A DNA stretch of 64,000 bases from contig JAXHVD010000003.1 of assembly GCA_034189385.1 (NCBI GenBank), forward strand, positions 64,001 to 128,000, given 5' to 3'. Shown here in pieces: positions 9,311 through 18,861 of this stretch. The stretch's first letter is position 1; each line of letters begins with the position of its first letter. The notes under the pieces are model-generated. The model was not told where the DNA came from. It searched no databases and saw only the letters and a program-made list of their open reading frames with translations. The position numbers and the translations under genes were made by a program. The DNA comes from Thermodesulfobacteriota bacterium (lineage in GTDB: Bacteria > Desulfobacterota > Desulfobacteria > Desulfobacterales > C00003060).

Positions 9311-9339
9311 AGTTAAACACAAGCGTAAGTTCTTGTCAA
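9311..9339 (-). promoter_or_regulatory. sigma70-type promoter upstream of the porin-mod operon
   Basis: Minus strand TTGACA (9339-9334), 17 nt spacer, TTAACT (9316-9311). Confidence 0.6.
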
Positions 9340-9509
9340 TATCTTTTTAGTTACTGCTCGATGAGGAATTGTATAACCCCAAAAGGACTTAAAATAACCA
9401 AAAAGGACAACAAGTCCACCGCGTCCAAAAGCCGGACTGAAGTCTCCTCTTTCTTAAGATATCACCTCGGTAGGGCTTAAGAGGGGAAGAAAACGCCTTC
9501 GGCCTAGAT

Positions 9510-10835
9510 TCAAGAGGCAACTTGACGGGCCAGGGACGTCACCTTTTCCATGACGTCTTCAATGTCTATGGTGAGGAGCGTTCTATCTTTTACTACCACT
9601 CGGCCATCGATGATTACATCTTTCACGTCGCTTCCGCTGGCCGCATAGACAAGGTGAGAGCTGGGATCGTAGAGGGGCGTCAGATGGGGCTTGTGAGTAT
9701 CAACAATGATCACGTCAGCCCTTTTTCCCACCTCGATCGATCCGATATCCTCTCCCAGTCCTATGGCCTCAGCGCCGCCCCTGGTGGCCATAGTCAATAC
9801 CTGCCTAGCATCCATGACCGTGGGGTCGAGGAGCCTCGCCTTGTGCACCTTGGCCATGAAGTCCATTTCCTGAAACATGTCCAGGTTATTGTTGCTGGCG
9901 CAGCCATCTGTGCCGATGCCCACCGGCAAGCCGTATTTCAAAAACTCTGGAACCGGTGCCGTGCCTGATGCAAGCTTCATGTGGCTCTCTGTGGTAACTG
10001 AGACGCCCACCGGCCTCTTTGCCATGCAAGCGATGTCCTCTTGGTCCACCCATATGCCATGGACCACAAGGGTGCTGGCTTTCAGGACGCCGATCCGATC
10101 AAGGTATTGGACAGGCGACATGCCGCGTGTTTCCTGGATCTGGTCCGCCTCCTTCTTTGTCTCTGCCACATGGATCTGAAAAAGGGCGTCTGTCTCATCA
10201 GCTACCTTGCGAGCAAACCTCAAGGTCTTCTCACTGCATGTGTAGGGAGAATGACAGAAAAGTCCGGGATGAATCAAAGGGTTCTTCTTCTGCCATTTCT
10301 CAATGAATTGGCGGGCCTCATCCACGTTTTTCTCGGGCTCAGGCACACCAGGGGCCGGAAAGTCCACAATTCCCTGTGCAAGCACGGCCCGCATCCCGGA
10401 CCCCTGAACACCTCTGGCCACGCTATCTTCAAAGAAATACCCGTCACAGCATGTAGTAGTGCCCGAAAGCAGCATCTCAGCGCATGAAAGGAGCGTGGCC
10501 GTAAACACCGTCTCGGGGTTCAGCCAATGTGCTTCGGCCTCAAAAATGTGATCATTCCACCATGTCATTAGAGGAAGGTCATCTGCCAGACCTCGAAAAA
10601 GGGTCATGGGAGAATGAGTGTGGGTGTTGACCAATCCCGGCAGGATGATACCCCCACCGGCATCTACTCTCTTCCTAGCAGCGGGAAGTGGCTGATTCAA
10701 TGCCTTCTCTTCAATGCGTGCGATCTTGCCATCTTCTATGCACAGGAGGCCATCTTTGACAATGTCAAAGTCATTATTGACCGTGAGGATGGTTCCATTG
10801 TGAATCAAAATGTCATACACTGTGTCCTGCAGCAT
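9510..10835 (-). CDS. amidohydrolase, MTA/SAH deaminase (MtaD) family, copy 2
   Basis: PGLVNTHTH, RGLADDLPL, EMLLSGTT, HSPYTC, IHVAET, GTDGCASNNNLDM. Confidence 0.88.
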   Translation of the reverse strand: MLQDTVYDILIHNGTILTVNNDFDIVKDGLLCIEDGKIARIEEKALNQPLPAARKRVDAGGGIILPGLVNTHTHSPMTLFRGLADDLPLMTWWNDHIFEAEAHWLNPETVFTATLLSCAEMLLSGTTTCCDGYFFEDSVARGVQGSGMRAVLAQGIVDFPAPGVPEPEKNVDEARQFIEKWQKKNPLIHPGLFCHSPYTCSEKTLRFARKVADETDALFQIHVAETKKEADQIQETRGMSPVQYLDRIGVLKASTLVVHGIWVDQEDIACMAKRPVGVSVTTESHMKLASGTAPVPEFLKYGLPVGIGTDGCASNNNLDMFQEMDFMAKVHKARLLDPTVMDARQVLTMATRGGAEAIGLGEDIGSIEVGKRADVIIVDTHKPHLTPLYDPSSHLVYAASGSDVKDVIIDGRVVVKDRTLLTIDIEDVMEKVTSLARQVAS

Positions 10836-10884
10836 GGCGTGGGCCTTTCGAGAACAGTCAAAAAGGCTGGCCGTGAAATAGTCC

Positions 10885-10959
10885 GGCGTAAGGTGTATGG
10901 CTTGCGGCCCAAAGATGGGGGCCTTTAGCCTTATGCCTTTGCTTTCGCCTCATGCCCTT
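10885..10959. repeat. inverted arrays of degenerate 7-mers
   Basis: ggcgtaa-ggtgtat-ggcttgc-ggcccaa followed by gccttta-gccttat-gcctttg..gcctcat-gccctt. Confidence 0.6.
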
Positions 10960-10966
10960 CATTCTG

Positions 10967-12292
10967 TTATGAGCTATTCACTTTGAGAACAATATGTTCA
11001 GCGATTTGACTTACATCTTCCATGACGGTATCCACATCCAGGGTCATGAGCACCTTGTCTTCCATAACTACCTGTCCATTCACAATGGCCGTAACCACAT
11101 CATTGCCGGAAACAGCATAGACCAGGTGGGAATAGACATTGTACATGGGTGTGAGGTGGGGGCGCCTGGTGTCAATCACAATGATGTCCGCCTTCTTTCC
11201 TGGCGCAAGGGAACCGATCTGATCTTCCAGCCCCAGCACCCTGGCCCCGTCAATGGTGGCCATTCTCACCACAGTCTGGGCATCCAGGACAGTGGGGTCA
11301 AGGGTCTGGGCCTTGTGGACCTTGGCAACGGTGTCTATCTCCTGAAACATGTCCAGATTGTTGTTGCTGGCACAACCGTCTGTCCCGATGCCCACTGTGA
11401 CCCCCCGCTCCAGGAGCTGTGGCACCGGGGTTATGCCTGAGGCGAGCTTCATGGTGCTTTCCGGGTCGTGAGCCACCTTGACGTCAAAGGCTTTCAGGAG
11501 ATCCATATCTTTTTCCGTCATGACCACACAGTGCACGGCAATCAACTTGGGATCAAGGAAACCGATGTGTGCCAGGTGCTCCACAGGGGTCTTGTTGTAT
11601 TTCTCCTTCAGCTGCAGGACTTCCGCCTCTGATTCTGACACGTGCATCACCATGGGCGCACTGTGTCGATCGGCAATTGCCTTGGCTTTTTGAAGGAGAT
11701 CTGGGGCACACAGATAGGGGGAGTGCGGTTCCACGGCGATGGTGACGAGGGGATCATCCTGCCACTTTTCGATCAGATCTTCCGTGTACGTTAAGCCTTT
11801 TTCCATTGGTCCGTAATTGGGAGAAGGAAAATCGTAGAGGACTTCCCCTACTAGGGCCCGCATCCCAGCCCTCTTGGCGGCCTCGGCCACGGCATCTTCG
11901 AAGAGATACATGTCACAAAAGGTGGTGGTGCCTGAAAGTATCATTTCAGCGCAGGCAAGGAGCGTTCCCTTATAGACCATATCCTCTGTGAGCTTTGCCT
12001 CAGCAGGAAAGATGTGATCTTCAAGCCACGTCATAAGGGGCAAGTCATCTGCCAGGCCCCTGAAGCAGGTCATGGCGGCATGGGTGTGGGTGTTCACCAG
12101 CCCCGGCATAATGATGCCGCCTTGGGCGTCAATGGTTTTTTCGGCCCCATATCGGCAGACCAAGACATCTTCGAGGCCTATTTCTACAATGCGATCTCCC
12201 TTTACGGCCACAGCACCCTTTTCGATCAAGGTGCTGTCTTGATCCATGGTGAGGACCCATCCGTTTTTTACGATGATATCAACTGACTGCAT
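10967..12292 (-). CDS. mtaD: amidohydrolase, MTA/SAH deaminase (MtaD) family, copy 1
   Basis: PGLVNTHTHAAM, WLEDHIFPAE, EPHSPY, MHVSES, AVHCV, GTDGCASNNNLDM; directly downstream of PNP. Confidence 0.88.
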   Translation of the reverse strand: MQSVDIIVKNGWVLTMDQDSTLIEKGAVAVKGDRIVEIGLEDVLVCRYGAEKTIDAQGGIIMPGLVNTHTHAAMTCFRGLADDLPLMTWLEDHIFPAEAKLTEDMVYKGTLLACAEMILSGTTTFCDMYLFEDAVAEAAKRAGMRALVGEVLYDFPSPNYGPMEKGLTYTEDLIEKWQDDPLVTIAVEPHSPYLCAPDLLQKAKAIADRHSAPMVMHVSESEAEVLQLKEKYNKTPVEHLAHIGFLDPKLIAVHCVVMTEKDMDLLKAFDVKVAHDPESTMKLASGITPVPQLLERGVTVGIGTDGCASNNNLDMFQEIDTVAKVHKAQTLDPTVLDAQTVVRMATIDGARVLGLEDQIGSLAPGKKADIIVIDTRRPHLTPMYNVYSHLVYAVSGNDVVTAIVNGQVVMEDKVLMTLDVDTVMEDVSQIAEHIVLKVNSS

Positions 12293-12366
12293 CTGTTCTT
12301 GACTTCCGCCCCCTTCTCTTGCCCTTTGAATGACCTTAGGTGTTTTCAACCTGTAGATGCCGTCGG

Positions 12367-13203
12367 TTAACCGGCTTGGGCAGGCAATTTCCCGATTACC
12401 CCGTTGATGATGGCCTGCAGGCGGGGGGCCGTCCTTTCAGCATTGGCGATAATCTCATCGACCTGGCAGGGCTTGGGGTTGTCGGGCAGATTCATGTTTG
12501 TAATCACTGAAAGGCCCAAGATCGTCATGCCGGCGTGGGCGGCTGCAATGACCTCAGGGATGGTAGAAAGGCCCACGGCATCGGCACCAATGGTCTTGAG
12601 AAAACGGATTTCGGCCCTTGTCTCCAGAGACGGGCCCGGGAGTCCCACATAAACCCCTTTTTGGACGCGGATATTGTTTTCAAGGGCAGTTGTTTCTGCC
12701 ATCACCATGAGCGTCCGGTCATAGACTTGGGTCATGTCAGGAAACCGTGGTCCCCAATCATCAACGTTCGGCCCAATGAGAGGATTGCCTCCCGTCAGAT
12801 TGATATGATCCGTTATGACCATGATATCCCCTGCATCAAACAGGGGATTGATCCCTCCTGAGGCGTTGGACAAGATGAGGGTCTTCACGCCCAGCATCTG
12901 CATAAGCCTTACGGGAAAGGTCACTTCCTTCATGCTGTACCCTTCATAGTAGTGGAAGCGCCCCTGCATGGCCAGCAGGGGTTTCCCTTTAATGCGTCCA
13001 GAGATCAGTCTGCCTTTGTGAGTGGGGACGGTAGAAACAGGGAACTGTGGAATGTGATGATAGTCAATAGACACAGCCTTCTCCATGCTATCAGCACTTT
13101 CGCCCAGTCCTGTTCCCATGATCAATCCAATATAGGGCTGGTCATTAATCCTAGAACGAACAAAATCCGTAGCCTCACGGACTTTATTTTCATAAGATTC
13201 CAT
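12367..13203 (-). CDS. punA: purine-nucleoside phosphorylase (trimeric PNP I/XapA type)
   Basis: GTGLG, STVPTHKG, QGRFHYYEG, SNASGG, DHINL, GPSLET.AE, GADAVGLSTIPE, ITN. Confidence 0.92.
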   Translation of the reverse strand: MESYENKVREATDFVRSRINDQPYIGLIMGTGLGESADSMEKAVSIDYHHIPQFPVSTVPTHKGRLISGRIKGKPLLAMQGRFHYYEGYSMKEVTFPVRLMQMLGVKTLILSNASGGINPLFDAGDIMVITDHINLTGGNPLIGPNVDDWGPRFPDMTQVYDRTLMVMAETTALENNIRVQKGVYVGLPGPSLETRAEIRFLKTIGADAVGLSTIPEVIAAAHAGMTILGLSVITNMNLPDNPKPCQVDEIIANAERTAPRLQAIINGVIGKLPAQAG

Positions 13204-13353
13204 GGTAATAGTCCCTTCATCAACGGCAGATTTATGGGTACCTTAAAATAGATGAAACCTTTGCGTCAAACAGAAACTAGGCGTCAAGACACTGGCTTTG
13301 ACTGGCCACTGTTTTTCTGGCATTTTTGAGATGAGGGGTTGAGATAGGAGAAC

Positions 13354-13842
13354 ATGGGACAAGGCTTGACTAGAACGGGCGTGGTAACGGCTGTTCACGG
13401 AAAGATAGCATTAGTAGTCACCAAACAGGAACCGGAATGTGAAAGTTGCTCGGCCAAGGAGTCCTGTTCTACCCTGGGCGGCTCAGGCTCCAACAGGGAG
13501 GTGAGGGCCAGAAACACGGCAAGAGCCCAAGTCGGAGATGTGGTGAAGATAAGCATTCAAGGATCTGCCTTTCTCAAGGCCACCTTTCTCGTTTACATGG
13601 TACCCATATTGGCACTCATCGCAGGGGCTGTTTTGGGATACTTCTTGTCCAAGTTTTTGGAAGGCAACAAGGATCTTTTTGTAGGGATCTTCGGGGGGCT
13701 TGGTCTTGTCGGGTCCTTCTTGTGGGTCAGGAGAAAAGGAAAGAGGCTTTCTCCAACGAGCGAGTATCTCCCTGAGATCATATCAAGGCAATCCCCGGCA
13801 AAGGCTGTGCCGCCTAAAGATCTTAGCTGTCCCATCCACTAG
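13354..13842 (+). CDS. SoxR-reducing system RseC family membrane protein
   Basis: CESCSAKESC motif, A..GDVV.I, YMVP plus two TM helices; AGGAG RBS. Confidence 0.85.
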   Translation: MGQGLTRTGVVTAVHGKIALVVTKQEPECESCSAKESCSTLGGSGSNREVRARNTARAQVGDVVKISIQGSAFLKATFLVYMVPILALIAGAVLGYFLSKFLEGNKDLFVGIFGGLGLVGSFLWVRRKGKRLSPTSEYLPEIISRQSPAKAVPPKDLSCPIH

Positions 13843-14738
13843 TCTCGATCCACAAGGGGTCTCTTTGGGCGATCTCGGCCCTTGGCCTCTTTCAGCTTCT
13901 CCACCAGCCGATAGGATAGGCGCAGGTCCCCTCTGCCGATGCCTATTTGGACCTCTGGCTTAGCCGCCCCATGGAAATCCGTTCCTCCTGTCATCAACAA
14001 ATCCTGGCGACGTGCAAGCCTCTCGAACAGGGCCGTACGCTCAGGCCGATGCTCAGAGTAATAGACTTCCATGCCCATTAATCCTGCCTGTTTCAACTCC
14101 CTCAGACTGCTCTCTAATTCGGCCTCATCCTTTGCAGCAAGGGTATAGGGATGAGCGAGCACTGGAACCCCTCCTGCCCGCAAGATCATCTGGATCGCTT
14201 CAGCAGGTTGCAGTCTATACCTTGGAACATAGGCAGGGCCCCACTTCTTGAGATACTTCAAGAAGGCCTCACCAAAGCTTTGCACCACCCCCTTTTGCAC
14301 CAACACTTGGGCGATGTGGGGCCTTCCCACCTGTCCTCGGCCCGAGACCCCCAAGACATCTTCATGGGTGATGTCCACGCCCAGGTCTTGGAGCTTTTTG
14401 ATGATCCCCACGTTTCTGTGCGCCCGGGCCTCCTGCACCTTCTTGAGGGTCTGAGTCAAGGACGGGTCGTCCAATTCAATAAGATAACCTAGGATGTGCA
14501 TGGTCCCTGAGGGAACATCAGCACTGATTTCAATACCAGAGAGGATCTCAAGGGAGGACAGGGACTGACTTAGGGCCTCGGCCGAGCCTTCGATCGTGTC
14601 ATGATCTGTAATGGCGATAGCGCGAAGACCTAACTGCGTGGCAAGATGAATGATTTCTAAAGGTGATAAGGAGCCGTCAGAGGCTGTTGAATGGATGTGA
14701 AGGTCAACAAAACCTGGATCAGGAAAGGCCATTGCCAT
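13839..14738 (-). CDS. PHP domain protein (TrpH/YciV-like)
   Basis: DLHIHSTASDG, AITDHD, GIEIS, HILGY, GRPHIA, LAHP, GGTDFHG. Confidence 0.92.
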   Translation of the reverse strand: MAMAFPDPGFVDLHIHSTASDGSLSPLEIIHLATQLGLRAIAITDHDTIEGSAEALSQSLSSLEILSGIEISADVPSGTMHILGYLIELDDPSLTQTLKKVQEARAHRNVGIIKKLQDLGVDITHEDVLGVSGRGQVGRPHIAQVLVQKGVVQSFGEAFLKYLKKWGPAYVPRYRLQPAEAIQMILRAGGVPVLAHPYTLAAKDEAELESSLRELKQAGLMGMEVYYSEHRPERTALFERLARRQDLLMTGGTDFHGAAKPEVQIGIGRGDLRLSYRLVEKLKEAKGRDRPKRPLVDRD

Positions 14739-14760
14739 AGAGGGGTAGGGAGAAGGCTTG

Positions 14761-15123
14761 CTATATTCCCAGGGCGTTTTCCCTGGCCTCTTCCTTTGTC
14801 TTACATTCAATGCACTGAGTGGTAACCGGTCTGGCCTTTAAGCGTTTCACCGAAATATCTTCGCCACAGACCTCGCAAATACCGTATGTCCCCTTGTCGA
14901 TGCGGTCGAGGGCCTCTCGAATTTTTACAATAAGCTTGCGCTCCCTGTCTCTTATACGAAGGAGAAAGTTACGGTCCGCTTCCATGGCTGCCCGATCTGT
15001 GGGGTCAGGGAAACTGGCCTTCTCATCTGTCATGCCAGATACCGTATCACTTGCCTTGGCCAGCAGATTCTGCAAGCGTTCTGTTAGAAGCTCTCTAAAA
15101 AATTCCAAGTCCTTCTTTTTCAT
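14761..15123 (-). CDS. dksA: RNA polymerase-binding protein DksA
   Basis: FPDPTDRA (DxxDxA), RERKL, YGICEVCGE.I..RLKARP.T.QCIECK zinc finger. Confidence 0.95.
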   Translation of the reverse strand: MKKKDLEFFRELLTERLQNLLAKASDTVSGMTDEKASFPDPTDRAAMEADRNFLLRIRDRERKLIVKIREALDRIDKGTYGICEVCGEDISVKRLKARPVTTQCIECKTKEEARENALGI

Positions 15124-15542
15124 TGTGCAACCTACCCGATATGCGATATGAAGACTAACTATTGACTTTTACAGTAAAAAGTGGCTACCGCGTCGCCCGC
15201 TGGACCCCCTTGGCGTAAAAGAACCCTTTGCTGAGAAACAGAGCCCCCTTGAGTACAATTCTTACACCCTGCTGAATTCCTTTTTTTGTAAAGAGGGAAA
15301 ATTAGCACAAGCATATATGCATGTAAACAAAAAAAAGCCAGTCTTTGGACTCGCCTTGGTGACCCGAGGTCGCCCTTTCATAAGGTTGGCCATTCTAACC
15401 CGCCAATGATAGATGTGCCAACACAGTCCCAGAGATCGTCTTCTCTACTAGATGGCGTTCTTCTGCCTTGCCAAGGCATTATGAGACGGGTATGTCTTGA
15501 ACGCCAGGGGCCGAGACACTCAACTATCAGGAGAGAAACGCA

Positions 15543-17696
15543 TTGGGTTTCCCATTGTCACCTAACGGGGTTACGGGCAGACACAGATTCTGGGCCTGTC
15601 TCCTGGTCCTAGGAACTTCATCTGTCTCTGTTCAGCTTGTCATGATCCGTGAGGTCATGTCCAGCTTCAGTGGCAATGAGTTGGTCATAGGGCTACTCCT
15701 TGGTGTTTGGCTCCTTGCTACCGGTTTAGGAAGTCTTCTTGGAATCCCGGTGGCCAAACAGGTGCGGCTGGAACACGCCCTTCTGTCAGGCCACATCCTC
15801 ATGGCACTGATGCCCTTTGGGCAGGTTGCTGCTATTCGAGGCCTCCCACTTCTTTGGGTGCGAGGTGAAATGCTGGGTCTGACCTCTGCAGTGGCTTGCA
15901 GTTCTTTGATCCTCATTCCCTTCTGTCTTGTCTCCGGTGCCATGATCCCCATGGCAGGGGCCCTCCTTAAAGAAAAGGGTACCACAAGAAAGGTATATAT
16001 CGTGGATACCATAGGAGACATTTGCGGAGGGCTTCTATTCAGCCTGGTCTTTGTCTATGCCCTTTCGCACTGGGACAGCTTGGTCGTGCTCGGCGTGTTA
16101 AACCTCATTGCCGGAAGCATCATGACCTCTTACGCAGTTCTCCCCGTCCTGGCTCTTCTGGGCCTTGCAATAGTGGCAACCAGACCTTTTGATTTGGAGA
16201 CTCTCTCTTGGCGTTTTCCTGGCCAGGCCTTGATCTTGCATAAGAATACCCCCTTCGCCCAGCTCACGATTTCAAGAACTGGCAAGCAGCTCAATGTCCT
16301 TCAAGACGCTATTCCGCTCTTTTCCTCCCACGACCTCGATATGGAGGCTTTGGCCCATGTGCCCTTGTGTCAGCTTTCCCAAGGGGCCAGCATTCTTTTG
16401 ATCAGTGGAGGGGTATTTGGAACCATTAGAGAGATGGCCAAACACAAGCCCAGTCATATAGACTATATTGAACTCGATCCCGCCATCCTCAATCTGGACA
16501 GGCTTCTTGACCAACGTCTTTCTCTGCCCTTTGTTCGGGTCCATGTGGGTGACGGAAGACTTTTCATAAAGAAGAGTACCACCTCCTATGACGCTGTCAT
16601 TGTAGACCTGCCAGACCCTGAAAACACCCAACTTAATCGATTCTACACCCAAGAGTTCTTTGAGGAAACTAAATCGAGCCTTACCCCCCGAGGGGTCCTT
16701 TGCTTCACCCTGGTTGGCGCTGACAACTACGTGGAAGAAAAGGGGCTCGCCGTGAATCGGGCTGTCTATGCAGCACTCAAGAGCACGTTCAACCATGTCC
16801 TGGTCTTTCCGGGAATGACACACTATTATCTGGCCTCAAACGCTCCTTTGACCAGAAATATTGCAACTGTCTTGGCCGAACGGGGGATTCAGACCAGACG
16901 CCTTGTGGATTACGACCTCCCGTCCATGGCAGACCCCTTTCGCATAGACCTCTTACAGGGTCTCCTTGCAAGGGAGCACACCTTGCCAAACCAAGACCTC
17001 TCACCACGGGCCTTTGGCCATCTCTTGGATCTATGGCTTAAAAAATCTGGAAGTCCAAAGGGGCTTGTGTTGACCCTGTCTGTCCTGGTCCTGATCTTTG
17101 CCGCTTTGGCATGTCGCAAAGCCCCCTTGCGGTTTACGGTCCTGACCTCCGGCTATGCGGGTATGGCCTTTGAGCTTTCCCTTATCCTGTTGTTTCAGGT
17201 CATATACGGATACGTATATCTGCGGATCTGTGGGTTTATAACCCTCTTCATGATAGGCTCTGCCTTGGGGGCCCTTGTGTCTGTTTGGGCGAAGAAAAAG
17301 CCGTTGTTACAAATACTGGCCTGTGATGGAGGGCTCATCATATTGGCCGCCCTTTCCTGTGGCGGCGCTGTGGCTGGAATCCATGTAAAGAGCCAGGTCT
17401 GGCTTTTTACCATGCAATATGTCATCATCCCATCCCTCATTTTTCTCGTAGCCTTTGGAGCGGGGTGGCAGTTCTCGGTCGTCTCCCGCATGAGCAAAGG
17501 TGCCGAAACAGACATTACCGGTCGGCTCTATTTGGCAGACCTTGCTGGCGCAGCTTGCGGTACCATATTGACAGGCCTCCTGTTTCTGCCTAGACTTGGC
17601 ATTGTTGGAGTATTGGTCTCAGTGCTTGCACTAAAGTGTGTGAGCCTTGGACTGAATATGGTGTCTGGACAGTCCAAGAACACGGGCCTTGAATAG
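15543..17696 (+). CDS. membrane-embedded spermidine synthase-like / SAM-dependent transferase (fused MFS-spermidine synthase type)
   Basis: N- and C-terminal TM bundles flank a class I SAM fold (LLISGG.FG, IELDP, GDGR.F, YDAVIVDLPDP, RFYTQEFF); repeated Y..D..G motifs. Confidence 0.85.
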   Translation: MGFPLSPNGVTGRHRFWACLLVLGTSSVSVQLVMIREVMSSFSGNELVIGLLLGVWLLATGLGSLLGIPVAKQVRLEHALLSGHILMALMPFGQVAAIRGLPLLWVRGEMLGLTSAVACSSLILIPFCLVSGAMIPMAGALLKEKGTTRKVYIVDTIGDICGGLLFSLVFVYALSHWDSLVVLGVLNLIAGSIMTSYAVLPVLALLGLAIVATRPFDLETLSWRFPGQALILHKNTPFAQLTISRTGKQLNVLQDAIPLFSSHDLDMEALAHVPLCQLSQGASILLISGGVFGTIREMAKHKPSHIDYIELDPAILNLDRLLDQRLSLPFVRVHVGDGRLFIKKSTTSYDAVIVDLPDPENTQLNRFYTQEFFEETKSSLTPRGVLCFTLVGADNYVEEKGLAVNRAVYAALKSTFNHVLVFPGMTHYYLASNAPLTRNIATVLAERGIQTRRLVDYDLPSMADPFRIDLLQGLLAREHTLPNQDLSPRAFGHLLDLWLKKSGSPKGLVLTLSVLVLIFAALACRKAPLRFTVLTSGYAGMAFELSLILLFQVIYGYVYLRICGFITLFMIGSALGALVSVWAKKKPLLQILACDGGLIILAALSCGGAVAGIHVKSQVWLFTMQYVIIPSLIFLVAFGAGWQFSVVSRMSKGAETDITGRLYLADLAGAACGTILTGLLFLPRLGIVGVLVSVLALKCVSLGLNMVSGQSKNTGLE

Positions 17697-17739
17697 CTGG
17701 ACAACCTAACGACTCAACCCATCAGCGAATACCTTCCCT

Positions 17740-18861
17740 ATGGATGCATCACGCAGAGACTTTCTAAAGACGGGCCTGTGCATGGCCTGTGGCGGGCTCC
17801 TTGTCCCATGGCAAAACGCCTGGGCCAAGAAGATTGTCTCCCCCACTGACGCCCACGCAAAGGAGGCCTATTTCTACAAGAAGCTTGCTGATGGCGCAGT
17901 GCAATGCGGTAACTGCCCCCATGCATGCATCATTGCCCCTGGCAATCGAGGAAGATGCCGAACCAGGGAAAACGTGGGGGGACGGCTTTTTAGCATCTCT
18001 TACGGCAATCCGTGCGTGGTGAATGTGGACCCAGTGGAAAAAAAGCCCCTCTTGCACTTATACCCTGGCACTAAGGCCTTTTCTTTGGCCGTAGCAGGGT
18101 GTAACTTTACCTGCCTGAACTGCCAAAACTGGGAGATATCCCAAACCAGTCCGGACAAGACCCGAAATTACAATCTTCCCCCAGAAGAAGTCGTGGCCTT
18201 GGCCGAACAATACGGATGCAAGAGCATTGCCTATACCTATTCCGAGGCCACCACCTTTTATGAGTACATGGTGGACATTTCGGCAGAGGCTCAAAAACGG
18301 GGAATCAAGAATATCTGGGTGAGCAATGCCTATATCAGTCAACCCGCCTTGCATCGCCTCTGCGATGTCATCGATGCCGCCAGCGTTAACCTGAAGAGTT
18401 TTTCAGACAAGATCTATTGGGATCTGAACGGCGGACACCTTCAGCCGGTCCTTGACACCTTCAAGACCCTTCATCGGCGAGGGGTATGGATGGAAATCAT
18501 CAACTTGGTCATCCCCACCTACACCGATGACATGGAAATGATCAAGAGGATGTGTGGGTGGATCTTGGAGAACCTAGGCCCTGAATATCCCCTCCATTTC
18601 TCCCGCTTTTCCCCCCTGTACAAGCTGATCCACCTCCCTCCAACGCCCGTTGAGGTACTGAAACAGGCTGAAGCCGTGGCCTTGAAAGAGGGGCTTCACT
18701 ACGTCTATGTCGGCAACGTCCCCGGCCTGGGTGACAAGACCGTGTGTCCTGGCTGCAAGGAGACGGTGATTCAAAGAAGGGGGTATGGGCTTCTTTGGAA
18801 TCATGTTAAGGATGGAAAATGCAGCTTGTGCGGGACCTCTATAAGCGGCAGGTGGGAATGA
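17740..18861 (+). CDS. amrS: AmmeMemoRadiSam system radical SAM enzyme with Tat signal peptide
   Basis: SRRDFLK twin-arginine motif and AWA cleavage site; DPVEKKPL; CNFTCLNCQNWEIS (CxxxCxxC); AYTYSE; PLHFSRF.P.YKL; YVYVGNV; C-terminal CxxC pairs. Confidence 0.92.
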   Translation: MDASRRDFLKTGLCMACGGLLVPWQNAWAKKIVSPTDAHAKEAYFYKKLADGAVQCGNCPHACIIAPGNRGRCRTRENVGGRLFSISYGNPCVVNVDPVEKKPLLHLYPGTKAFSLAVAGCNFTCLNCQNWEISQTSPDKTRNYNLPPEEVVALAEQYGCKSIAYTYSEATTFYEYMVDISAEAQKRGIKNIWVSNAYISQPALHRLCDVIDAASVNLKSFSDKIYWDLNGGHLQPVLDTFKTLHRRGVWMEIINLVIPTYTDDMEMIKRMCGWILENLGPEYPLHFSRFSPLYKLIHLPPTPVEVLKQAEAVALKEGLHYVYVGNVPGLGDKTVCPGCKETVIQRRGYGLLWNHVKDGKCSLCGTSISGRWE

